Made by a program: the position numbers and the translations under genes. A stretch of DNA of 64,000 nucleotides, from NCBI GenBank assembly GCA_963422375.2, contig OY729427.2:1088001-1152000 (forward strand), written 5' to 3'. Positions 44,247 through 53,947 of this stretch are shown piece after piece. Under the pieces are notes generated by a model that saw nothing but the letters and a program-made list of their open reading frames with translations, did no database searches and had not been told where the DNA came from. How positions within the stretch are numbered: position 1 is the stretch's first letter; each line of letters starts with the position of its first letter. Source of the DNA: Bryobacterales bacterium. GTDB lineage: Bacteria > Acidobacteriota > Terriglobia > Bryobacterales > UBA6623.

Positions 44247-47200
44247 CCCGGATTATTCATGGCGGCCTCGCCTCGGTCGCCGGCGGGAGGTGACCGGGCC
44301 CGATTCGGCCACCGGCAGCGGGTGACCGACCGTTGGACAGCACCTTGAACGCCGCACACGGCGGGTAGCGGTGTGGTTGAGCGACTGACCGGCGTGATGA
44401 TGGGCGCGGCAAGAGGCGGGCAACGACAATTCCACCCGTCGGGCGGTTGACAGCCTTCTGGACGGCAGCGATGCGACGCTCGTCGAGCAGCTATCCGGCG
44501 CGCCCCCGAGGGCGAATGCGATGTGCCGCCACGCCGCCAGGTCCGGTGTCGCGCGCGGCAGGCGCAGGACGATGCGACGCACGGAGCGCACCACCTGGAC
44601 GCCGAGCTTCAGCAGCCGGTCGCGCAGCCAGGGCGCCTGCGCGCGGCTGCACGCGGTGTCGGCGGCGCGCAGCCGCAACTCCTGCATCAGCACGTAGGCG
44701 GCGGCCGTCAGCAGGACGCGCAACTGGTTCGGTGAGAACTGGTGGCAACTCGTGCGGTCGATCCGCAGGGCCTTCAATTCCTTGATCCGGTTCTCGACGT
44801 CACCGCGGTCGCAGTAAACCTCCTCGTAGAGGAAACGCGGCGTCTGCCGCATGTTGGTCACGACGAAGCGCGGATTGTCCCGCGGCGCGCGACCCACGAG
44901 GCAGACGACTTCGGCCTTGATGATGACGCGGCGCGCGTGGTTCCACGTGCCGGCCTGATACTCGGCGGTCTCGGTGTAGACGTGCTCGGTCTGTTCACTG
45001 CGCCAACTCCGCGCCACCAGCATGGCCGGCTCGGCGTGCCGCTCCAACACCGCGTTCTTCGCCATGGCGACCACGTATTCGAGTCGCGGCTGCGCCTCCA
45101 GGAAGTCGAAGACCTCCGGGGTCGCAAAGCCCCCGTCGAGCCGAACGCGAAAGTGCGCCCGCGGAAACGCCCGGCGCAGCAGCGGCAGCAACCGCGACAA
45201 TAGGCCGACCGTCCCCTTGGAGGCGACCGCCTTGCCGTGCCGCAGCAGCGCCGCGCACAGATACTGCTCGGATCGCAGTCGAAGGTCAGGAAGGCCAGCA
45301 GCGGCAGGTAGCACCAGGTGTCGTAGTTCCCGTTGAAGAGCGTGTACTGCTGCGCCCCGTGCGTCGGGTCGTCCGTCGGGTCCAGGTCGATCGTGATGCG
45401 CCGCGCCCGCCCGTCCAGCCGGCGGCGATGCCGCGAGATGACCCGCGTGGCCAACTCGTCCGCTATACGGTAGAGAGCGCAGCCGTTGACTGCGTTCTCG
45501 AACCGCGACAGCGTCGGCTGCGAGGCCAGGCGCTCGCCCGAAACCGGGTCTCTGTCGAGCAGCAGCTTATGGACGGGGTCGTCGGCGAGACGGTCGCCGT
45601 CGTTGCAGTCGGGGTGGCCGCAGGCGATGCCGAAGATGCGCTGACCGACCAGGTCCGCGAGCGAGTGCCGGGTCTTGTCCGGCGCCCGCTTGTCGAACAG
45701 ACACCCGGCGAACGCCTTGACCAGGCCGTAGATGCGCTCGGCTGCCTTCAGCAGAACCGCCCCGCCGTCGGAGCTGGCCTGCTCCTGGTTGAACTCGGCG
45801 ACGACGGGCTTGGCGAACACATCGGGGAACAGAACAGTCCGTGATATCGTTTGGGAATTATATATCTGAGTGCCGAGGCAACCGATTTTGCAAATTATCA
45901 GTCCATAAATTAATTTCATATTTCTTCCGGAGATCTGTTGAAAGTCGGTGAAGTATTTTGATAGAATAGTTCCAATATATGAGGTCGTCTATGAAGCAGG
46001 AAGGCCCCGGGAAGTGGTTTCGTAAAGGCATCACTCTGATTGAGGTGATCGCCATGTTCCCCGATGACGAATCCGCGGAAAAGTGGTTCGCCTCCATGCG
46101 CTGGCCCGACGGTCCGGTATGCCCCCACTGCCGCGGCTCCAGCGTGCAGTCCGGCACGGCCCACCCTTCGATGCCGTACCGTTGCCGCGGCTGCGGCAGG
46201 CGCTTTTCCGTGCGCACCGGCAGCGTGATGGCCGACACCAAGCTCGGCTACCGCACCCGGGCCGTCGCCCTGTTCCTGCTGACTACCGGCATCAAGGGCG
46301 TCTCAAGCATGAAGCTGCACCGCGACCTGGGCATCAGCCGGAAGTCGGCCTGGCACCTGGCGCACCGCATCCGCGCGTGCCGGGAGCGGGATCAGGGCCT
46401 GTTCGCCGGCCCGGTGGAGGTGGACGAGACTTACGTCGGCGGCAAGGAGCGCAACAAGCACGAGAGCAAGAAGGCCCGCGCCGGGCGCGGGCCCGTCGGC
46501 AAGACCCCGGTGGCGGGGGCGCGGGACCGCGCCACGAACGCAGTGGCCGCGCGGCCGCTGCCGGGCACCGCCAAGGGCGACCTGCAGGGCTTCGTGCGCG
46601 CCCGCGTCGTGCCGGGCGCGCAGGTCCGCTCCGACGAGGCGGCGGCCTACGCCGGCATGGAGGAGTTCCCGCACGAAGCCGTCAAGCACTCCCGCGGCGA
46701 GTACGTGCGCGGGGCAGCGCATACGAACGGCATCGAGTCGTTTTGGTCCCTGTTCAAGCGCGGCCTGTACGGCACCTATCACCGGATGAGCGTCCGTCAT
46801 CTCGGCCGCTACCTCACGGAGTTCGCGGGACGGTACAACGACCGCGACTGCGACACGGCGGAACGGATGCGGCGCATGGCGCGAGGCCTGGTCGGCCGGA
46901 CGCTGACCTACCGGCAGCTGACCGGCAAGGCCGCGGTCGCGGCCCGAGCGGCGCCCTCCGCGCCGAGCGCCGCAGCCCGCTGCCGACGCGCTCTTCACGC
47001 TCGATGCGCTTCACGCTCGGTGCGAGGGCGCGCCGGATCTGGAATCCCCCGGCGCGACCCACGTCCGGCCCGGACCGTCCATGCAGGCCGTCGAGCGCCG
47101 GGGATCCGCTGTCTTCGGCCCTCGCAGGGCACGCAAGCGGCTTGCAAGGGGTGCCCTCCACCGCCAACCGGATTCCACCCGGCATGCGAGGGGGCCTCTC

Positions 47201-47489
47201 TTATCCGTACCTCGTCCATTCCGCTGGCAGGTTCGATTCAGATACGATCCCACCTTTCCGTGCCTACCGCGGCCGCATTCGAATGACCCGAGCCAGACGC
47301 CGACCTCCCTGCTCAGAGCAGTTCTCGTCGGACATGGCGTTGTTGGCACTCAGATATATAATTCCCTATCGTTTCGGGTGTCACGCAAGGGCCTCCGTGG
47401 TGGCGCAAGTGGTTGTCAACACTGCACTTGTACCACACGGGGGCTCTTGTGTCTGTACCGGAATCGGAATACGCCACGAATTTTTCGGG
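44247..47489 (-). mobile_element. IS1380-family element; transposase (GTG 47384 to about 44490) frameshifted near 45270 and interrupted by IS1595 copy B
   Basis: SSDGGAVLL, LASQPTLSRFEN, IDLDPTDDPTHGAQQ, RLDGGF, RGDVENRIKELK; ends CCCGGATTATTCAT / CACGAATTTTTCGGG; GGAGG RBS before the GTG. Confidence 0.9.
45853..47366 (+). mobile_element. Complete IS1595-family element (copy B, 1514 bp); transposase from 45991, stop lost near 46946
   Basis: Perfect 22-bp IRs GGGAATTATATATCTGAGTGCC; 8-bp TSD TATCGTTT at 45845-45852 and 47367-47374. Confidence 0.96.
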
Positions 47490-47510
47490 CTATCTGGTCG
47501 TCCGTGTAGG

Positions 47511-47762
47511 TCACGGGCATCGTCTACTCCGACCCATCCGCCGGATCCTGTACTCGTGGAACAGCGCCCGGGTGATCCGCTGCCGGACCAGCTCCTTCGG
47601 TGTCTCCTTGATCTGCTTCGTGCCCGAAATGAAGTCGAGGACGAACCCGTCGCGGACGACGTCCGTGTCGGTCGCGTCCGCCGATGCGGCCGCCGCGCCG
47701 CTGGCGGTAGCCGCGCCGGGCGTTCTTCGCTGACGCGTCCTGGTCGAGGGCCCTCGGCTCAT
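47511..47762 (-). pseudogene. N-terminal fragment of a type I RM-related protein (HsdR_N-type domain)
   Basis: DFISG...ETPKELVRQRITRALFHEY resembles the HSDR_N_2 TPxExVRQ motif; truncated next to the IS1380 end. Confidence 0.6.
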
Positions 47763-47925
47763 GTGTGACGGTGTTCTTCGATGGTACGAACCTCGCCTCC
47801 AGCTCTCCCAGGTCGGCGGTGCAGACGCCTGGCGGTCAATCGTACACAAGCAGGCTTGACTTGGGCCACTGTCGCGCGTTATGTGTTGCACAACAGTAAA
47901 CGCGCCGGCGGATGAGGCCCTGGCG

Positions 47926-48297
47926 ATGACCAAGAGTTTCGGGGGCACGATTCGGGAACTGCGGGAAGCGCAGAAGCTGGGTCTGCGGGCGGCGGCCGAC
48001 CGGCTGGAGATATCGCCTGCGTATCTCAGCCACATCGAACGGGGCAAGAAACACCCGCCGAGGCCGGCGCTCGTGAAGCGCATGGCGACGCTGCTCGGTG
48101 GCGATCCGGATCTGCTGTTCCGTCTCGCGGAGAGCACGGATCCCGATCTCGCCGCCTACATGCACCGCGTGCCGCGCATTCCGGAGTTCCTGCGCACCGC
48201 GAAGAAGATGAACCTGACGTCGGAGGACTTCGACGTGCTGATCGAAGAGGTCAAGCGAGGCCGCCCCTCGGAGACCATCGATACCGCGGAGACGTAG
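47926..48297 (+). CDS. XRE-family HTH transcriptional regulator
   Basis: FGGTIRELR...LRAAADRLEISPAYLSHIERG. Confidence 0.9.
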   Translation: MTKSFGGTIRELREAQKLGLRAAADRLEISPAYLSHIERGKKHPPRPALVKRMATLLGGDPDLLFRLAESTDPDLAAYMHRVPRIPEFLRTAKKMNLTSEDFDVLIEEVKRGRPSETIDTAET

Positions 48298-48311
48298 ACA
48301 CCGACACTGCG

Positions 48312-48358
48312 CGATGGCCACGTCGGTTCATGTCGATGGCCACGGTCGGTTCATGTCG
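48312..48358. repeat. 22/23-bp imperfect tandem duplication
   Basis: CGATGGCCACG(G)TCGGTTCATGT twice. Confidence 0.8.
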
Positions 48359-48449
48359 CCGGTCGCGAGTTGCCGCTGGACGAGCCTTTGCCGGCGGATG
48401 AGCCGGCCCGCGGGCTGTCGGCCATCCGGCGCGCGGCTGGCGCTCAGGC

Positions 48450-49013
48450 TCAGTCGCGCTTCGCCGTGATCGACTCGAAGCCCGATACCAGATCACTCTG
48501 GCCGAGGGCCTCTTCGAGCAATCGCAACGCCCGCCGGATTCGGCGCCGGTCGATGCGGGATCCGCGGAGACGCCAGAGGCTGCGCGCGTCCTCGATGTCT
48601 TTCGGACGGCCAGCGAGGATCTTGGCGATGAGGAGGTCGGCGATGTCGATTACCGGGACACTGGCGCCGCCGATGTCCGTGGTCTTCGCTCGGCCGAGGA
48701 ACTCGTCTTCGAGGCCGGACCCCGCCAGCACGACATCGAGGGGCATGCCGGTGGCGGCGTGGACGAACGGCAGGACACGCGTTCGCCGCAGGAACTCCGG
48801 ATCGTCGACGCGCAGCGTGAAACCAGCGGCCTCCATGTCGCGCGCGAAGCGCTGTGGGTCGTCAGGGGCGAGCGCGACGGTGATGTCGACGTCCGCGCTG
48901 AATCGAGGCACGCCGTACGCAACCACAGCCTGCGCTCCGAAAAGGTACCAACGCCCCCAGCGGTCGAGGATGGCGGACAGCGCCTTGAGCAGCTCAAGCG
49001 CGGCGGGCTGCAT
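48450..49013 (-). CDS. Nucleotidyltransferase-fold protein (DUF6036-like)
   Basis: LFGAQAV..YG.PRFSADVD, DLLIAKILAGRPKDIED. Confidence 0.82.
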   Translation of the reverse strand: MQPAALELLKALSAILDRWGRWYLFGAQAVVAYGVPRFSADVDITVALAPDDPQRFARDMEAAGFTLRVDDPEFLRRTRVLPFVHAATGMPLDVVLAGSGLEDEFLGRAKTTDIGGASVPVIDIADLLIAKILAGRPKDIEDARSLWRLRGSRIDRRRIRRALRLLEEALGQSDLVSGFESITAKRD

Positions 49014-49248
49014 CGACACGGGCGAACAGCTCGGTCATGCGCACATGGTGGCGCAGGTCGTCGCGGCGACTGGCCGCGTCAGGCCAGCCCGGATGTTGCA
49101 GCAGCACCTGCCGTCGCAACTCGTCGGCAATCCGCATCGCTTCGAGAGGACCGAGACGCTGAACCCGCTCGGCCCAGTAGGCATCCTTGGCGGCGCGCGC
49201 CCTCTGCCAATCGCGCGTCATGAAGGCGCGGATGCCGCGGGTGATCAT
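48994..49248 (-). CDS. Small hypothetical protein overlapping the NTase start (possible antitoxin/partner)
   Basis: 84 aa helical ORF, 20-bp overlap, TATGAT 6 nt before its ATG. Confidence 0.65.
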   Translation of the reverse strand: MITRGIRAFMTRDWQRARAAKDAYWAERVQRLGPLEAMRIADELRRQVLLQHPGWPDAASRRDDLRHHVRMTELFARVDAARRA

Positions 49249-49351
49249 CTCACCATCATATCTGCTTGCGGGTTGACGAAGCGATTGCGAAGTCGAGGTA
49301 AACAGCCGAGGATTCGCGCCCGGAGCCGCGTGAGCGGCGTAGCGCCTGAAT

Positions 49352-49401
49352 CCCGATTCCACGGTCCAGAGCCGCGTGTCCTACCGTTGAACGACCTCCC
49401 A
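49352..49401 (-). pseudogene. 5' two-thirds of tRNA-Gln(CUG), truncated in the T arm
   Basis: TGGGAGG TCGTTCAACGGTAGGAC A CGCGG CT CTG GA CCGTG GAAT CGGG, then unrelated sequence; no TTCGAA loop or 3' acceptor strand. Confidence 0.8.
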
Positions 49402-49718
49402 GCAAGAAGGCGCAAGCAGGATCAACTGTCGATTATGGCAGGCCCTCCGCTCCGCCGCGAACCCCCGCGACGACGTTGCTGTTGCCTGATGCCGAGGACC
49501 GACGATTCTGTCGATGCCCCACACCGCGGCCCACCCGCTGTCCCTGAACCTGCGAACGTGTAGCCGTGCCCCAACACAAGGACGTCGGCAAACCGCTCGG
49601 ATTTGCCGATTCTGTTCGAATCTGGGCTGCGCGGTCTCGCAGGAATCTGCACCGTTCTACGGCGGAGACTTCTGAGACGCGGCCGCCTCCAGCTCGATCT
49701 CCGCCGCGAGCCGGGCGG

Positions 49719-50291
49719 TCACCCCGTCCCCCCGGAACGCCAGCCCCCGCCGCGCAGGAAGACCTCGCCCCACGCGTGGAGCTCGGTCGAGTCCGCCGTC
49801 TCGCTGTGGGCGTAGCCGCTGGCGAAGCGCGCGGCGAGGCGCTGTGCGAGCACCAGCGGGAAGCGCGCCGGGTCGCGCTCCGAGTCCTCGGCCGCGGCGA
49901 CAGCCAGCTCGCGCACTGCCGGGTGCGCGGCGTCGGGCGGACGCCGGTACAGCGCGAGCCGCTCGCAGAGGTCGGGTGCGTAGGCGCAGGACAGCGGCCG
50001 GTCCGGTTCGGTGACGAGGAATCGAAACGGATCGGTGACGAGCGTATCGACGACGGCCCGCGTCCGGAGGGTCGGGCCAGACCAGCGGCCCTCGAACCAC
50101 GCGCGGGTGACGACGTTGCCCTCCGGGTCGAGGTTCTCGGCGCGCACCACCGGTTCGGGATCGATCTCCAGTGCGAAGTCGACGAGGCGCACCACGCCGT
50201 CGGCCCGCGGGCGCAGCCGGATGACGTGGGGCTCTAGGTAGACCGGGGCGTCGAAGGCGTACGACGTCCGATGGCGGACCGTGATTCTCAC
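49719..50291 (-). pseudogene. Transglutaminase-family protein with internal deletion
   Basis: ITVRHRTSYAF...HVIRLRPR N-domain; SGY and HAWGEVFL..GGW retained, catalytic Cys segment absent. Confidence 0.75.
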
Positions 50292-50460
50292 GACTCGGGC
50301 AAAGAAAGTGTGCGTGACCTCGTCGCCGAGGCCGTTGAGCTTGTCCTGGATCGCGTCGAGGAAATCGTGCAGGCCCAAACGAACCACGTCGACGAGGTCA
50401 GTATAGTCGAGCTCCGCGACGAGCCGGTCGAGCGCCCGCTCCGCGGGAACTCGTGGCCGG
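50292..50460 (-). pseudogene. C-terminal fragment of an alpha-E (DUF403) protein, in frame with the transglutaminase remnant
   Basis: AERALDRLVAELDY...GLHDFLDAIQDKLN...TFF; alpha-E genes normally precede transglutaminases. Confidence 0.65.
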
Positions 50461-50535
50461 TTCAGTCGGCGAGCTGCTCCTCGAGCATCGCGACGGCCCG
50501 GACCGCAAGAGGCGCCGCGCGCCATCCAGAAGGTC

Positions 50536-50858
50536 TCAGTCGGCGGGCCGCTCCTCGATCATCGCGACGCCGCCGAGTCGGATCATCTGGCCGCGAATCC
50601 ATCGCTGCCGGCGGCGTACGCGCGCCGACGGATCGTCGACGCGCCAGCCGGACGGATAGGGCAGGACGGCCGCCAGCAGCGCCGCTTCGTCGGCGTTCAG
50701 ATCCAGCGGGCGCTTGTCAAAGAAGCGTTCGCTGGCCGCCGTGATGCCGAACACGCCCTCGCCGAACTCGGCGACGTTGAGGTACACCTCCAGGATCCGG
50801 CGCTTGCTCCAGCAGAGCTCGACGAGTACCGTGAGATACGCTTCGAGCCCTTTGCGAA
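50536..50858 (-). pseudogene. mtgA: C-terminal part of monofunctional peptidoglycan transglycosylase, cut by IS1595 copy C
   Basis: RKGLEAYLT..WSKRRILEVYLNVAEFGEGVFG...EAALLAAVLP. Confidence 0.88.
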
Positions 50859-52290
50859 GGGAATTATATATCTGAGTGCCGAGGGAATCAAGTCGGCAAA
50901 TTATCAAGCCATTATAAGATTTCATATTTCTTCCGACTTTCCGTTGACATTCTGTGGTGTTTCTTGGTAGAATAGTTCCAGTATGGGATACCGTAAATGA
51001 AGAAATCAGGTCCCGGAAAGTGGTTCCGTAAAGGCATCACATTGATCGAAGTGATTGCCATGTTCCCCGATGACGAATCCGCGAAAAAGTGGTTCGCCTC
51101 CATGCGCTGGCCGGACGGTCCCGCGTGCCCCCGCTGCCGCGGCTCCAGCGTGCAGTCCGACGCGGCCCACCCTTCGATGCCGTACCGTTGCCGCGGCTGC
51201 GGCAAGCGCTTTTCCGTGCGCACCGGCAGCGTGACGGCCGACACCAAGCTCGGCTACCGCGTCCGGGGCGTGGCCCTTGTTCCTGCTGACCACCGGCCTC
51301 AAGGGCGTCTCCGGCATGAAGCTGCATCGCGACCTAGGCATCAGCCGGAAGTCGGCCTGGCACCTGGCGCACCGCATCCGCGCGTGCTGGGAGCGGCATC
51401 GGGGCCTGTTCGCCGGCCCGGTGGAGGTGGACGAGACCTGCGTCGGCGGCAAGGAGCGCAACAAGCACGAGAGGAAGAAGGCCCGCGCCGGGCGCGGGCC
51501 CGTCGGCAAGACCCCGGTGGCGGGCGCGCGGGACCGCGCCACGAACGCAGCGGCCGCGCGGCCGCTGCCGGGCACCGCCAAGGGCGGCCTGCAGGGCTTC
51601 GTGCGCGCCCGCGTCGCGCCGGGGGCGCAGGTCCGCTCCGACGAGGCGGCGGCCTACGCCGGCATGGCGGAGTTCCCGCACGAAGCCGTCAGGCACTCCG
51701 GCGGCGAGTACGTGCGCGGGGCGGCGCATACGAACGGCATCGAATCGTTTGGGTCCCTGTTCAAGCGCGGCCTGTACGGCACCTATCACCGGATGAGCGT
51801 CCGTCATCCGGGCCGCTACCTCACCGAGTTCGCGGGACGGTGCAACGACCGCGACTGCGACACGGCGGAACGGATGCGGCGCATGGCGCGGGGCTTGGTC
51901 GGCCGGACGCTGACCTGCCGGCAGCTGACCGGCAAGGCCGCGGTCGCGGCCTGAGCGGCGCCCGCCGCGCTGAGCGCGGCAGCCCGCTGCGGGCGCGCTC
52001 TTCACGCTCGGTGCGCTTCACGCTCGGTGCGAGGGTCGCACCGGATCCGGCATGCCCCGGTGCGACCCCGGTCCGGCCCGGACCGTCCATGCAGGCCGTC
52101 GAGCGCCGGGGATCCGCTGTCTTCGGCCCTCGCAGGGCCTGCAAGCGGCTTGCAAGGGGTGCCCTGCCACCGCCAACCGGGTTTCACCGGGGCAACCGGG
52201 GCATGCGCGGCGGCCTCTCTAGTCCCTTCCTCGTCCAATCCGCTGGCAGGCTCGATTCAGATACGATCCCACCCCTCCGTGCCCGCCGCG
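50859..52290 (+). mobile_element. IS1595-family element (copy C, closely related to B); transposase 50997-51954 frameshifted near 51277; right IR missing
   Basis: Same 22-bp left IR as copy B; high nucleotide similarity through the 3' non-coding region. Confidence 0.93.
50944..50973 (+). promoter_or_regulatory. Near-consensus sigma70 promoter TTGACA-N18-TAGAAT (with TGn) for the transposase
   Basis: Read directly from sequence. Confidence 0.6.
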
Positions 52291-52294
52291 CCGC

Positions 52295-52800
52295 GCCCCA
52301 GTAGGCCCCAGTAGGCGTCGTCCACCGGCACGATGCCGCCCGGCGGCACGCGCTCGTCGCGCTCCTGCAGCACTGGCAGGAGCTTGTGCTGCACCTTCCA
52401 AGCCGTGTTCCGGCTCACGCCCAGCGGCACGCGCCAGTTCCAGCGACGAAACGCCGTGCTGGCCCTGCGTCAGCAGGTGGATCGCCAGGAACCGGACGGT
52501 CAGCGTCAGCTGGGTGGCGGCGAAGATCGTGCCGGCGACGAGGGAGCTCTGGCGGTGGCAGGCACTGCACTGCCAGAGCTTGCGGGAGCGGATGCGGCAG
52601 TGCCGCCGGGAGCCGCACTCCGGACAGCGGGCGTTGAAGACGGCCTGCTCGCATTGCCCCTCGCTGCCGTAACTTGCCCAGACTCAGTCCCTTCTGGAAT
52701 TGCACGCGATTGCCTTTCATCTGCTATCCCCTTTCCTATCAGAGGTTTCCGACCTCCTCCAGTATAGCATATCCTCGGCTGACGTTCGTTGGTAATCAGG
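52295..52800 (-). mobile_element. Truncated, frameshifted copy of the second IS1595 type (same as 61608)
   Basis: End CCTGATTACCAACGAACGTCAGCCGAGGATATGCTATACT; MKGNRVQFQKGLSL...VDDAYWG then breaks. Confidence 0.88.
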
Positions 52801-53424
52801 ATGAATTATCATATTTTGGTTGAATTGAAATTTGAGTTTGCGGTGATCTTGGGGGGTTTAGTCTATAGGATTGACTTGCCGACCGACGAAGACAGGTATC
52901 GATATGCAACTAATCATGAGAGGAAAAGCAGACTATACTTTCCGTGCAACGAAGATGAAGGTTCACCTACGCCTCTTCGAGGGTTTGGGGAATCGATTCG
53001 ACGACATGATGCGTTTGACGGTGATTCAATTCGAACAGGTCAGATCAATTCTCGGTCTAGTCGCTGAACGGACACCGGACTAAATAGGCGGAGGCAAGAC
53101 GCGCCAGTCGACCTTCGTTCGGTCTGCCGTTTCGGCGGCCCGCAGTTTGGTCCGCCGAAACAGCAGGACATCAGAGATGCACGCCTACCAGCCTACGCAC
53201 GGGCAGGTGGAGCCGACGCCGCAGGCCGCCGACGCGCAAGACTGAGACGAATGCGCACGATTCCCGCAGCCGGATTGCTCGGACGGGCCCCGGGCCGCGA
53301 CCGCGCACGAGTCGCGCGCCAACGCACGCCCGGATCGCACGACACGGGTGCTCCCGGCCGCTCCGCAGACAATGCGCCCGTGGCCGATTCCGCCGGCTGG
53401 CTAGAATAATGGGCAGAACGTTCG

Positions 53425-53946
53425 ATGCTCCGCAGGATCGTCAAGTACGGGGACCCGGTGCTTGAGACAGTGTGCGAGCCAGTACCAGAGAGCGAGTTCG
53501 GCAGTCCAGAGCTGGCCGCTCTCGTGAGGGACATGTTAGAGACGATGTACCAGGCGAACGGCGTGGGGCTGGCCGCGCCGCAAGTCGCCGTATCAACTCG
53601 GCTGACGGTCGTCGACTGCTCCGGAGGCGCCGACCGCAGGCAGCGCCACGTCCTCGTCAACCCCGAAATCGTCACCGGGGAGGGCGAGCAGGTCGGCGAG
53701 GAGGGCTGCCTGTCGATCCCCGGGTTCAGCGAGAAGATCCGGCGGCCGGCGCTAGTCCGCGTCCGGGCGCGCACGGCGGAGGGCGAGCCGGTCGAGATGG
53801 AAGCCAAGGAGCTGCTGGCGCGTGCCGTCTGCCACGAGATCGACCACTTGAACGGGATCCTGTTCCTGAAGCACATCAGCAAGCTCAAGCGCCAGATGAT
53901 TGTCCGGAAGATCCGGGCTCTTCGGAAACGGGGCGAGTGGGACTAG
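53425..53946 (+). CDS. def: Peptide deformylase
   Basis: GVGLAAPQ, EGCLS, HEIDHLNG. Confidence 0.97.
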   Translation: MLRRIVKYGDPVLETVCEPVPESEFGSPELAALVRDMLETMYQANGVGLAAPQVAVSTRLTVVDCSGGADRRQRHVLVNPEIVTGEGEQVGEEGCLSIPGFSEKIRRPALVRVRARTAEGEPVEMEAKELLARAVCHEIDHLNGILFLKHISKLKRQMIVRKIRALRKRGEWD

Positions 53947-53947
53947 C

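Noticed and set aside
45853..52290. IS1595 B/C pair as DGR template and variable repeats because of A->G differences
   Set aside because: No reverse transcriptase in the window; changes occur as both A->G and T->C, in both copies, across whole transposases
52789..53083. Two short low-GC ORFs beside the IS end
   Set aside because: No recognisable motif; they overlap in different frames and cannot be supported as genes
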